Made by a program: the position numbers and the translations under genes. Shown one piece after another: positions 37,984 through 47,741 of a DNA stretch of 64,000 bases. The notes below the pieces were generated by a model that had not been told where the DNA came from, did no database searches, and saw nothing but the letters and a program-made list of their open reading frames with translations. The stretch is from positions 832,001 to 896,000 of the forward strand of contig CAWFQB010000005.1 in assembly GCA_963817895.1 (NCBI GenBank). The letters run 5' to 3'. The stretch comes from an uncultured Chthonomonadaceae bacterium (lineage in GTDB: Bacteria > Armatimonadota > Chthonomonadetes > Chthonomonadales > Chthonomonadaceae). How positions within the stretch are numbered: the first letter of the stretch is position 1; each line of letters opens with the position of its first letter.

Positions 37984-38486
37984 AAAAGCGGTTTCCTCCC
38001 TCCGTCGCGCAAACTCAGACGCGCAGGGCAAGGCTGTCAACTCGCGGCTTCCCAAACAATCTTCCCGATGGCTTCTAAGATAAGGATAAAGAATAAGAGC
38101 GGAAGAGAGGCCCGTCGCGCGGGCGGAAGCGAAAGCGAAACAGCGTTCCTCATACGCGCCGCCTCGTGGCGACAGGTGAAACAAAACAAACACATAGAGA
38201 ATAAGAGCAGTCGCGGCGTTCAAAACAGGAACCATCAACCGTATGCCGCGCGAACGGGTAACGCGGTATTATACCGTCTGAACTACGTCCTGTCAAACGG
38301 CTTTAATCCGAGTGTGAAAACAGGAAGCCTTCAACGAAGCGCCCTGAACCCAATACCGCATACCCTCTTTGATTCAGTACGGAAGAAACAGGCTGTTTTG
38401 TCACATGGGGAGGCGTACTGTTTCATAGATAGAGCCTGCATTGGGTACACTGTGTTTGCGCGTTATATCCTTTGCGGAGGTTCTGC

Positions 38487-39767
38487 ATGGTCTTTCCCCA
38501 ATCTTCTTCCAATTCTCCTGCGGCAGTGGCGGAGATTGTTCCGACCGATGCGGCTTCACCCTCTGTGGACGCGACAAATCCAACTGCGGATGTGATGAAG
38601 TCGGCAATCTCGACTGCGGCCTCAAAACCGCGCCTGCCGCAACTGGATTTTCTGCGGTTCGTCGCGATTATACTGGTGATGGGCCGCCATGCCATCCTGC
38701 CGCCGGAAGGAGCCGTGGGAATTCGACCGCTGGCGCAATGCTGGTACGATCTGGGCTGGACGGGCGTGGATTTGTTCTTCATCTTATCCGGCTTCCTGAT
38801 TGGCGGCCTGCTGTTCGCGGAACTGCGCCAGTACGGGACGTTTGACGCGCGGCGGTTCATCATTCGGCGCGGCTTCAAGATATGGCCCCTGTACCTGGGA
38901 TATGTCGCCATTATTATCGCGCTGATCCGCCACAAAGACCATGTTTCGCTCTGGCAAGCCTTTCTGCGGGCGTGGCCGTTTTATACGCACACGCAAAACT
39001 ACACGATGCACAGCGACCTGTATTTCAGATACCCGGTCACGCATCTGTGGAGTCTGGCTGTAGAGGAGCATTTTTACCTGCTGCTTCCCCCGTTACTCGT
39101 ATTCCTGACGCGCCGCGCGCCCGACGTTAAGCGGGCGATCCCCCTCTTTCCGGTCGCCGCCCTTGCCGTGATGCTCGGCTGCCTTGCGGTTCGCGCCCTG
39201 ACTTTTCATCATCCCATTACGCCCGAACGCAATATATGGCCCACGCATCTGCGTATAGACAGCCTGGCCTTCGGCGTCCTGCTGGCGTATGCCTGGCACT
39301 ACAAGCGCGCGTGGATTCAGCCCCTGTTAAATCGTCCCGGGTGGCTGCTTGTCGGGGGATTTGGCGTGATGGCGCTCATCTGGCCCTATCTGGGCCTCCC
39401 CGAATTCAACTGCATAACAGGGTATACGGTGCTGTATCTGGTTTATGGCTGTATTCTGCTGGCCTGCATGGCGTCCACCCTGCCGGAGCAGCAGAACGGG
39501 CGCATGGCCGCCTTTTTTCGCCTTGCCCCCTGCCGTTTTCTCGCGGGCATCGGCTTCTGGAGCTATTCCATTTATATTGTGCATCTGTGGGGGGGGCAGA
39601 AGCCGTCTCTATGGTTCCTGCACCAGAATATTCCGCTCAATCGAGACGCGCGCTGGCTGTTCGTCATGCTGCTGTATCTCGCCACATCCATTCTGCTCGG
39701 AACCCTGTGCGGCAGGCTGATTGAAAAGCCGACCCTTGCCCTGCGCAACCGCCTGTTTCCCGCCTGA
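38487..39767 (+). CDS. Acyltransferase_3 (OafA-like) membrane acyltransferase, copy 1
   Basis: LDFLRFVAI..V...H...GVDLFFILSGFLIG...RRGFKIWPLY...HLWSLAVEEHFY...G..SYSIY..H...IEKP. Confidence 0.92.
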   Translation: MVFPQSSSNSPAAVAEIVPTDAASPSVDATNPTADVMKSAISTAASKPRLPQLDFLRFVAIILVMGRHAILPPEGAVGIRPLAQCWYDLGWTGVDLFFILSGFLIGGLLFAELRQYGTFDARRFIIRRGFKIWPLYLGYVAIIIALIRHKDHVSLWQAFLRAWPFYTHTQNYTMHSDLYFRYPVTHLWSLAVEEHFYLLLPPLLVFLTRRAPDVKRAIPLFPVAALAVMLGCLAVRALTFHHPITPERNIWPTHLRIDSLAFGVLLAYAWHYKRAWIQPLLNRPGWLLVGGFGVMALIWPYLGLPEFNCITGYTVLYLVYGCILLACMASTLPEQQNGRMAAFFRLAPCRFLAGIGFWSYSIYIVHLWGGQKPSLWFLHQNIPLNRDARWLFVMLLYLATSILLGTLCGRLIEKPTLALRNRLFPA

Positions 39768-39826
39768 TTGCGGCAACCGCGCGAATTCAGACTGGCTGAT
39801 AGCGGTTCCCGCGCGGCGGCCGGCTA

Positions 39827-39855
39827 TTGACAAGCAGGTAAATGCGGCTTATAAT
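39827..39855 (+). promoter_or_regulatory. Perfect sigma70 consensus promoter TTGACA-N17-TATAAT
   Basis: TTGACA at 39827-39832, TATAAT at 39850-39855, about 100 nt before copy 2. Confidence 0.85.
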
Positions 39856-39954
39856 GAAGGTGTTTCTGCCTCATTTGCTTCCTCTTTCCAATATCGGCGC
39901 GTTGGCAATCCGGTACACTCTGTTGCGTACCCTCCTCCGGCGTGGAGTGTCTGT

Positions 39955-41241
39955 ATGGTTTTCCCTGATGTGTCTCAAAATTCTTTAGCACAAGTCAGGC
40001 TCACAGCGACGCAGGCGGCGGCGTCTGAGTCGGGTCTGCCGGATGCGATCTCCTCCCCTGTTGTCGCGCCGGAGATGATCGGGGCGACAACGGCATCCAG
40101 ACAACGCCTGCCGCAGCTGGATTTTCTGCGCTTCGTCGCCATCTTTTTAATTATCGGCCACCACATTATCATGCCGCCGCAGGAGGCCAACCGACTGGAG
40201 CCGATTGCGCATATCTGGCAGGTTTATGGCTGGACGGGTGTCGACCTGTTCTTTGTGCTGTCCGGCTTCCTCATCGGCGGGCTGCTATTCACGGAATTGC
40301 GCAAATCCGGCAAACTGGACGCGCGCCGGTTCATCATTCGGCGCGGGTTCAAGATATGGCCGCTGTACCTGGGGTACGTCGCGCTTATAATCGCGCTGAT
40401 CCATCACAGGACGCGCGTTTCGTGGTGGCAGGCAATTGGGCGCGCATGGCCGTTTTATACGCACACGCAGAACTACACGATGCACAGCGACCTGTACGTC
40501 AATTATCCTGTCGCGCACCTGTGGAGCCTGGCTGTAGAGGAGCATTTTTACCTGCTGCTTCCCCCGTTACTCGTATTCCTGACGCGCCGCGCGCCCGACG
40601 TTAAGCGGGCGATCCCCCTCTTTCCGGTCGCCGCCCTTGCCGTGATGCTCGGCTGCCTTGCGGTTCGCGCCCTGACTTTTCATCATCCCATTACGCCCGA
40701 ACGCAATATATGGCCCACGCATCTGCGTATAGACAGCCTGGCCTTCGGCGTCCTGCTGGCGTATGCCTGGCACTACAAGCGCGCGTGGATTCAGCCCCTG
40801 TTAAATCGTCCCGGGTGGCTGCTTGTCGGGGGATTTGGCGTGATGGCGCTCATCTGGCCCTATCTGGGCCTCCCCGAATTCAACTGCATAACAGGGTATA
40901 CGGTGCTGTATCTGGTTTATGGCTGTATTCTGCTGGCCTGCATGGCGTCCACCCTGCCGGAGCAGCAGAACGGGCGCATGGCCGCCTTTTTTCGCCTTGC
41001 CCCCTGCCGTTTTCTCGCGGGCATCGGCTTCTGGAGCTATTCCATTTATATTGTGCATCTGTGGGGGGGGCAGAAGCCGTCTCTATGGTTCCTGCACCAG
41101 AATATTCCGCTCAATCGAGACGCGCGCTGGCTGTTCGTCATGCTGCTGTATCTCGCCACATCCATTCTGCTCGGAACCCTGTGCGGCAGGCTGATTGAAA
41201 AGCCGACCCTTGCCCTGCGCAACCGCCTGTTTCCCGCCTGA
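39955..41241 (+). CDS. Acyltransferase_3 membrane acyltransferase, copy 2
   Basis: Same motifs as copy 1; 40528..41241 appears identical to 39054..39767. Confidence 0.92.
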   Translation: MVFPDVSQNSLAQVRLTATQAAASESGLPDAISSPVVAPEMIGATTASRQRLPQLDFLRFVAIFLIIGHHIIMPPQEANRLEPIAHIWQVYGWTGVDLFFVLSGFLIGGLLFTELRKSGKLDARRFIIRRGFKIWPLYLGYVALIIALIHHRTRVSWWQAIGRAWPFYTHTQNYTMHSDLYVNYPVAHLWSLAVEEHFYLLLPPLLVFLTRRAPDVKRAIPLFPVAALAVMLGCLAVRALTFHHPITPERNIWPTHLRIDSLAFGVLLAYAWHYKRAWIQPLLNRPGWLLVGGFGVMALIWPYLGLPEFNCITGYTVLYLVYGCILLACMASTLPEQQNGRMAAFFRLAPCRFLAGIGFWSYSIYIVHLWGGQKPSLWFLHQNIPLNRDARWLFVMLLYLATSILLGTLCGRLIEKPTLALRNRLFPA

Positions 41242-41374
41242 CGCTCTTTGCCCCTCCTTCAAGATAGTTCGCGCCTGTCAGTTCTGCCACGACAAAGAGA
41301 TTCTGGTGGATGCTACTGTCTTATTCACAGAAGTAGACACAAACACTAATCGTGTCCTGTGATTCGACGCGCGC

Positions 41375-41788
41375 CTACTCACTCCACGCGATATTTTGCG
41401 CGGCAAGGTGCGCTTTGATACGCGCAAACTCCTGATCGTAGTATCTTATTACCTCTTCCGGTGTCGGCTCCCACAGATTATAACGCACGGTTTTGCTTGC
41501 GTTCTCTAAATTTTGATAATCCCATTCGGGACGGCCCAGGTGCTGTACTACATATTGGATGCGTTGATTATAGTTTTCAGGGATCGACTCCTGAAGCAGA
41601 GCGCATTTTGTAACCGCATGAGCCTGCACAAGATGCAGAGCGGCCTAGAATAGCGCTACCAGCGCCCATCCCCTGTCTTCCGGCGTTTGCAGGAGACGTT
41701 GGTAGCGTTGATAATTGGCCTGCGCTCCGGCAATGTGTTCACGCGCTTTCTTACCCGGCTGAAGTTTCAATGGCTGTCTGGAAGGCAT
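41375..41788 (-). pseudogene. HEPN-like gene with in-frame TAG at codon 48
   Basis: MPSRQ...EHIAGAQANY...WALVALF*AALHLVQAH...L.NASKTVRY; TAG at 41645..41647 where HEPN-like FYAALH has Tyr. Confidence 0.7.
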
Positions 41789-41803
41789 GGTTCTCCGTCT
41801 GCA

Positions 41804-42229
41804 TTAACTGATAAGAATCTCGGATATGGGACACTCCCCCAGCTCGCGCCTGCCACGAACTTCCACATTCAAGTTCGCTTTTGGGTATTTGCGGTAAAGA
41901 TCGCCGCGCAGTTTGTAAACGCCATGCGCCGCCTCGCTTCGCAGTTCGGGAACCACAATAAGATAAATGGGTTCCCACTCGTTTTCGCCCCGGCGTATCA
42001 TCATTTCCGCGTCGGGGATTTGTTCAGCCTTCTCTCGGAAAATCCGGTTGGCGGTCTGCGTTTGCGTTTCCGTCAATGTTGGCGCGGGCGCGTCCGAAGC
42101 AGCGCTCTGCCCATTGCCCGCAGCAGACAAGGGGTTGATAGCCGCCTGTTGCGCGGCCCTCTTGTTCGCCAATCCGCGCCCCGGCTTTGGAAAATAACGC
42201 CCCGGCTTTACCTCTGTTTCCATCTCCAT
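41804..42229 (-). CDS. Hypothetical protein, upstream partner of the HEPN-like gene
   Basis: GGAGG RBS; TGcTATAAT extended -10 at 42275..42283 (minus strand); stop 15 nt before the HEPN ATG. Confidence 0.65.
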   Translation of the reverse strand: MEMETEVKPGRYFPKPGRGLANKRAAQQAAINPLSAAGNGQSAASDAPAPTLTETQTQTANRIFREKAEQIPDAEMMIRRGENEWEPIYLIVVPELRSEAAHGVYKLRGDLYRKYPKANLNVEVRGRRELGECPISEILIS

Positions 42230-42559
42230 GCCTCCGGTTCTGAATGTTGTATCAGCCACAAACCTGTTTGCTCTATTATAGCATGGGAAGCGCGGCCATA
42301 AAGCGTTCTGAGAGTACGAACCTCCACACAAACTAATGCTAACAAGCAGGCGTTTCCACTGTCTGAAGCAGTAGCGTACAGGCTATGGCCTCCCGAAACT
42401 TAGCGGCGGCAGTCTGGCTGCGACCTCATACTTTCCCCGCGCCTGCTTCGTACTTCAAATAGGCAGAGGCAGCGCGGATTGCGTTGCCGGATCAAAGAAA
42501 GTATTGTAAGGCTGATTTTAGAGGTTTTTTAGAGTTTTTCAAGTTTGACAGGAGAGATT

Positions 42560-43363
42560 ATGATGTCAGTTACGCCACGTCGCGCCGGTTTTGGTTTATT
42601 GATGGCTGTGTTCGCGCTGTTGGGGAGTGGGATGGACGCGCCGCGACATAACGCATTGGCTTTTGCCGCCCCGCGCGCCGCTGTGAGCGGTAAACTCAGC
42701 GATTACGAAGTGACCAAACTGGAAGATTTCGAGACGACCATGAAGGCCACCTTCCACAATGATTACGCCGCCCGCAAAATAGACCGCGATGCGGGGCTTA
42801 TCTATCAACTGAAAAGCAATGTTCACATCCGCTACAAGGAAGAGAACAAATTTCGCGCCGATGGAACCATCGGCGTGAATCGGGCCAGCCTGATTATCAA
42901 CGACAGCAAGCAGAGCGTTCGCCTGTCACTGGGCATTAAAAAGACCGAAGATATGGGCGCGGCCCCCGGCAAGCGCAAGACCCTGCTCGATGTGGGCCTG
43001 ATTTCGGAATACTATCTCAAGTACGCGCAGGGCGAATTTATCGGGGAGCGCGTTTTTGAAGGGACACCGTGCGCCGTGTTCAAAATCACCTTCAAAGACC
43101 GCAGCCTGGACACGTCGCATCGCATCGTCTGGATTGACCCCAAAACCAAAATCACGCTGAAGCGCGAGGAGTATTTGCAGGACACGCGGGGCGGCAAATT
43201 GCGCGACGTGTGGCTGTACCGCGATCCGCGGGAGGTCGCGCCTGGCCTCTATTTCCCCACGCGCATCGAACTCTACAACAACGAGAACCAGAAGGCGGGC
43301 GAGACAACCTACACCCAAACGCGCGTCAACATCGGCCTCAGTGACAGCCTCTTCCGCCTGTGA
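42560..43363 (+). CDS. LolA-like outer-membrane lipoprotein-sorting protein
   Basis: Signal peptide; G....G..C.VFKI...RIVWIDPKTK..LKRE.Y...G.Y.PT.IE.YN...VN.GL.DSLF. Confidence 0.72.
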   Translation: MMSVTPRRAGFGLLMAVFALLGSGMDAPRHNALAFAAPRAAVSGKLSDYEVTKLEDFETTMKATFHNDYAARKIDRDAGLIYQLKSNVHIRYKEENKFRADGTIGVNRASLIINDSKQSVRLSLGIKKTEDMGAAPGKRKTLLDVGLISEYYLKYAQGEFIGERVFEGTPCAVFKITFKDRSLDTSHRIVWIDPKTKITLKREEYLQDTRGGKLRDVWLYRDPREVAPGLYFPTRIELYNNENQKAGETTYTQTRVNIGLSDSLFRL

Positions 43364-43427
43364 AAGTGGAGGGCTGTTTCTTTTGAAGTCTGCGCAGGCG
43401 CGGGAAGCCTTCCCGGTTGCGCCTGCT

Positions 43428-44843
43428 TCACCCCACTGCCGAGCGCAGCGGGCGCACACGCAGGGTGATGATTTTCACCGTGCCACCCGTGACAAACACG
43501 CTCAGGGGCTGCGCGTCCGGCAGGGGCGCGAACGTATTGGTCAGGGACACGCAGCCGCCATTCGCGAAAACTTCTATAGAACTGCGGTCCGCCAGAACGC
43601 GCAGTTGGATTCGCCCATTTTCGGGTTTCAGAGGCGCGCTGCTGTCCAGGCAGGTCAACGTTTGCGCGGCCACATTGTAGCGAACGGAAACGCCGCACAC
43701 GACAAACCCGAACTCCCCGCCGTTTTCCAGTTCAAACTCCGCTTCCACATCCCATAAATTGCCCTGCTGTCCCGCGACGGGGTTCTGCGTGGGTTTGAGG
43801 GACAGGTTTTTCCAGCGTTGCTCCTTGACGTACAAATTGGCGATTTCGCGCGCGGGCTGGCGGTACAGGCACATTCCCGCCGGGGTCTGGCGCAGCGTCA
43901 GTTCACAGGGGAAACTCATCTGCTGATTGAACGGCATGCCGGGGTATTTGCCGCCCCGCATCCAGGCGATTTGCAGCCGCCTGCCGTCGGAGGCGGGAAT
44001 GTCGCTGAAGGTTTGCGGGGCATAAAAGTTCGCGCCGTATTCCACCCGCTGCGGACTGCCGACCGGCGCGAATTGCCGGCCATCGAACGCGCCCACGAGA
44101 TAGCGCCCATCCCCGGCCATAAACACCCACTGCGTTCCCTGACTGCTGTTTTCCGGTTCAAGCGGGAAAAAGTCGGGACACTCTTCGCTCTCGGGCAGGG
44201 AGAGGTTGTGCAGGTGCGTCCAGTTTTTCAGATCGGGCGAAGCGAAAAGCGCGAAATCGCTTTTATCCAGATACAGCGCCATGACCCAGTGTTGTGTGGG
44301 CGTATGCCAGATCACTTTGGGGTCGCGGTTGCTGCCTACGATATGCTTGAGAATGGGGTTACGAGGATACTTTTTCCAGATACGTCCCCGATTGTTGCTG
44401 TACGCCAGGCATTGAGTGAAGAGCTGCCCCTGCGATTCGGGCGACGAGTTTCCCGCAGCGGTGTAGATAGCAATCAGGGACTTCTCTTTTCCACTGGAAA
44501 AACCGGTTGTGTCGTTCACATCCACAACTGCCGACCCGGAAAACATGGTTCCCATGACGTCCGGTTCCAGCGCGTTTGCCAGTTGGTTCCAATGTATCAG
44601 ATCACGGCTGACGGCATGGCCCCATGTCATATTGCCCCACTCGTTCCCCGTCGGGTTGTGCTGGAAGAAGAGATGGTACTCGCCCTTGTAGAACACCAGT
44701 CCATTCGGGTCGTTCAGCCAGTACCGGCGGGCGGTAAAGTGAAATTGCGGACGCAAGGCTTCGTTGTAAAGCATTGCAGACGGCGCATCGGCGGCTTCAG
44801 ACACCGGCGATATCGCGTTCATTGGGTTCCAAAGTGGGTACAT
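43428..44843 (-). CDS. GH32 beta-fructofuranosidase/levanase
   Basis: RPQFHF, WLNDPNG, WGHAVS.DL.HW, FSGSAV, RDPKV, ECPD, FYAPQT, D.SSIEVF; start approximate. Confidence 0.93.
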   Translation of the reverse strand: MYPLWNPMNAISPVSEAADAPSAMLYNEALRPQFHFTARRYWLNDPNGLVFYKGEYHLFFQHNPTGNEWGNMTWGHAVSRDLIHWNQLANALEPDVMGTMFSGSAVVDVNDTTGFSSGKEKSLIAIYTAAGNSSPESQGQLFTQCLAYSNNRGRIWKKYPRNPILKHIVGSNRDPKVIWHTPTQHWVMALYLDKSDFALFASPDLKNWTHLHNLSLPESEECPDFFPLEPENSSQGTQWVFMAGDGRYLVGAFDGRQFAPVGSPQRVEYGANFYAPQTFSDIPASDGRRLQIAWMRGGKYPGMPFNQQMSFPCELTLRQTPAGMCLYRQPAREIANLYVKEQRWKNLSLKPTQNPVAGQQGNLWDVEAEFELENGGEFGFVVCGVSVRYNVAAQTLTCLDSSAPLKPENGRIQLRVLADRSSIEVFANGGCVSLTNTFAPLPDAQPLSVFVTGGTVKIITLRVRPLRSAVG

Positions 44844-44947
44844 TCCCTTCTCCGCGCAGGGGCGCAGGGCCGGACGTTTGTTCGCCGCCTGAACGCAATG
44901 TCGGCGGAACAAACGAGCGTCGCTTCACGCGCCTCGCGTTCTTTTGC

Positions 44948-45449
44948 TTAACGCCGCTCGCCCCACCAGAGGGGGCGATGCTGTTGCAGAAGACCGAAAA
45001 ATCGGCGGATGCCCTCCATCCGGGCAACAGCGCGGTCATGTTCCATTCCGGCACAGGCAACCGCAAGCCGCTGCGCTTCCCGCGCATCCGGGCTGGCGTG
45101 TTGGCTGACGCCATTGCTGCATTTTTTCCAGTTCGCCCTCCTGAACCCAGAAGCCGCCGCAATCCAGGCAGGCGTTGAGTTCAATGGGCGAGTCGTACTG
45201 GTAATGATAAACGTGCAGCAGGCTGTCGCAGCCGGGGCAGGTAGTAGCGGCGGCTTGATTTTCTGCTGCGTTACGCGGGGCGTCAGTTTTTCTTCCAGAA
45301 CAATCATACTGACCGGGTCCGCCGCAATCAGGCGGCGCAGTTCCTCCGCGTCGAACCAGATTCCGGCGCAGTTGCGGCACACGTCGAGTTCGATCGTGGT
45401 GTCGTTCCGTCACCATCGGGTAGCGGCAATCCGGGCAAGCGCGCGTCAT
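44948..45449 (-). pseudogene. Tandem zinc-ribbon (zf-TFIIB-like) protein broken by about 3 frameshifts
   Basis: CPDC..M / ELDVCRNCAGIWFDAEEL / CPGC...IELNACLDCGGFWVQEGELEK alternate between two frames. Confidence 0.7.
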
Positions 45450-45589
45450 ATTCAGTTCCAGCCTCCCACAATTTTTCGAGTCGGATTATTTGGTATGTCC
45501 CAATAGTTTGACATGATTTGGCTAATGTATTGCAACCAAACAGCAGTATACCCGTAACTTAGGCCGGAAAAGCAACATTCCGGCCTGAA

Positions 45590-47419
45590 TTACGGGCATA
45601 ATTTCACACGGCCGGCGCTGTCTACCAGATGTGCCCCCTGCAAATCGGCGTACCGTCCCTCCTGACTCATCAATTCCTCGTGTGTGCCGAGTTCCACGAT
45701 CTGCCCCTGCTCCAGCACGGCGATCTGGTGCGCCGTGCGAATGGTCGTCAGGCGGTGCGCGATGACAATGGTGGTGCGGCCTTGCATCACGCGCTCCAGC
45801 GCTTCGCGCACAAGGGTTTCGCTGCGGGTATCGAGCGCGCTTGTGGCCTCATCCAGAATCAGAATACGCGGGTTTTTCAGCACGGCGCGGGCAATCGCCA
45901 CCCGCTGCCGCTGCCCGCCCGAAAGCGTCACGCCCCGTTCGCCAATCATGGTGTCGTATCCCTGCGGAAACTGCGCGACGAATTCCGCCACATTCGCGGC
46001 CTGCGCAGCGGCTTCCACATCGGCGTCCGTTGCCGTTAAATTGCCATAGCGGATGTTGTCGCGCAGAGTGCCGTTGAACAGAACCGGGTCCTGCGGCACA
46101 AGCCCGATATGTTCGCGCAGTTGCGCCCGCTTGATGCGGGTGACGGGAATGTTGTCAATGGCGATGCTTCCCGCCTGCGTCTCATAAAAGCGGTACAGCA
46201 GGGCGGCAAGCGTGGTTTTGCCCGAACCGCTCGGACCGACAAGCGCGGTCACTTTGCCGGGTGGCACATCAATGGATAAATCGCGCAATACGGGCGTTTC
46301 GGGCGTGTACGCGAATTCTACATTGCGGAATATAACATGTCCCAGACTGTCGGGAAAATCAACCGCGTCGGGCAGGTCGGGCGGTTCGGGCGCGTCGTCG
46401 AGCAGGGCGAACAGACGATCCGCCGCGCCAATCGCGCGCTGCAAACGGGCGTACTGCATCGCCAGAGCGCCCATCGGCCCGCTGATAATGGTAATCGTCA
46501 GCAGAAAGGCGACAAGCGAACCGGGGGAAAGGGTTCCGTTCAGCACGTTATGCCCGCCGTACCAGACCACGCCGAGCAGCACAAGGGTAAATCCGCTGAA
46601 CGCGACGATTCCGAACGCGCTTTCCAGACGGCTGGCCTTCATGCTCAGGTCGAACATGCGCGCGAGTTTTTCTCCCACGCGGCCATCCTCATGCGGTTCG
46701 CGGGCAAAGGCTTTCACCAGACGAATGTTGGCGAAGGCTTCGCTCATGGTTCCCATTGCGTCTGATAGAGCATCTAAACTGGCCCGGTTCAGACTGCGCA
46801 GTCGCTTGCCGTTGACAATGAAGAAACTCATCACGAGCAGCAGGAGGAACACGACAATGGCGGTCAACCGCCAGTCAATGATGATGGCGAGCGCGATACC
46901 GCAGACGAGGGTAATCAGGTTGCCCGCAAGCTGCACGAGATCGCTGGTCAGGGTCATTTGCAGTTGGCTGACATCGTTGGACAGGTGGGACGTGAGATCG
47001 CCGGAACGAACGCGGTCGAAAAAGGAAACGGGCAGGCGCTGCAAGTGCGCGAACAGTTTCTGCCGCATCTCCATCACGATGCGGTTGCCCGCATACGCCA
47101 TGAGCAGGAATTGCCCGTAGCTGAACACGGAACCGAGGATAATCAGGCCGATCAATCCCATGCCCAGTTGGTCGAGCAGGTGGGCGCGGCGGGTGTGGGT
47201 AAACTGGTCAATGGCGTAGCGCGTGACGAGCGGGAGGGACAGGGACACGGCTGTAGACAGCAACATCAGGATGCCCGCCACAATCAGTACGGGGCGATAC
47301 GGCGCGGCCAGAGCCAGCAGGCGGCGCATAGCCGTAAGGGATACTTTGCCTTTGGCGTCCGGCTCCAGAGAATTTGTAGCCGCCGTTGGAGTCGGCGGGG
47401 AAACGTTTGAGTTACTCAT
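45590..47419 (-). CDS. ABC transporter, fused TMD-NBD (MsbA-like)
   Basis: 6 TM; GPSGSGKTT, LSGGQRQRVAIARA, ILDEATSALD. Confidence 0.94.
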   Translation of the reverse strand: MSNSNVSPPTPTAATNSLEPDAKGKVSLTAMRRLLALAAPYRPVLIVAGILMLLSTAVSLSLPLVTRYAIDQFTHTRRAHLLDQLGMGLIGLIILGSVFSYGQFLLMAYAGNRIVMEMRQKLFAHLQRLPVSFFDRVRSGDLTSHLSNDVSQLQMTLTSDLVQLAGNLITLVCGIALAIIIDWRLTAIVVFLLLLVMSFFIVNGKRLRSLNRASLDALSDAMGTMSEAFANIRLVKAFAREPHEDGRVGEKLARMFDLSMKASRLESAFGIVAFSGFTLVLLGVVWYGGHNVLNGTLSPGSLVAFLLTITIISGPMGALAMQYARLQRAIGAADRLFALLDDAPEPPDLPDAVDFPDSLGHVIFRNVEFAYTPETPVLRDLSIDVPPGKVTALVGPSGSGKTTLAALLYRFYETQAGSIAIDNIPVTRIKRAQLREHIGLVPQDPVLFNGTLRDNIRYGNLTATDADVEAAAQAANVAEFVAQFPQGYDTMIGERGVTLSGGQRQRVAIARAVLKNPRILILDEATSALDTRSETLVREALERVMQGRTTIVIAHRLTTIRTAHQIAVLEQGQIVELGTHEELMSQEGRYADLQGAHLVDSAGRVKLCP

Positions 47420-47450
47420 ATCCTTTATTGTACGCCAAAACTGCTGTGAA

Positions 47451-47741
47451 AGAAAAGGAGAAAAGGAGAAGAGGAGAAGAGGAGAAAGAAAACATCTGAC
47501 GTTGTGAATTTTGCGGCAGGGGTAAGGAAGGCGGGCAGAACTGCCGATACTGTAAACGATTCGAGTTCACCTTCCTTTCCTGGGTGGCAGGCTTTTCTCT
47601 CCTTTTGCCTGCCACTCTTTTTTCGCCTGCTTGTTTCTGTATACTCCTCTTTCCGGTCTTTTCTTTTGCTTTTTTTCGTGTGTTTGGCGTATTTCGCGGT
47701 TCCCCCTCTCCTCTTCTCCCCCTCTCCTTTTCTCCTTTTCT
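47451..47741. repeat. Inverted pair (GGAGAAAA/GGAGAAGA)n ... (TTTTCTCC)n with about 215-nt spacer
   Basis: Right arm abuts the stop of 47740..50334; spacer holds a degenerate TTTCGTGTGTTTGGCGTATTTCGCGGT arm. Confidence 0.8.
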
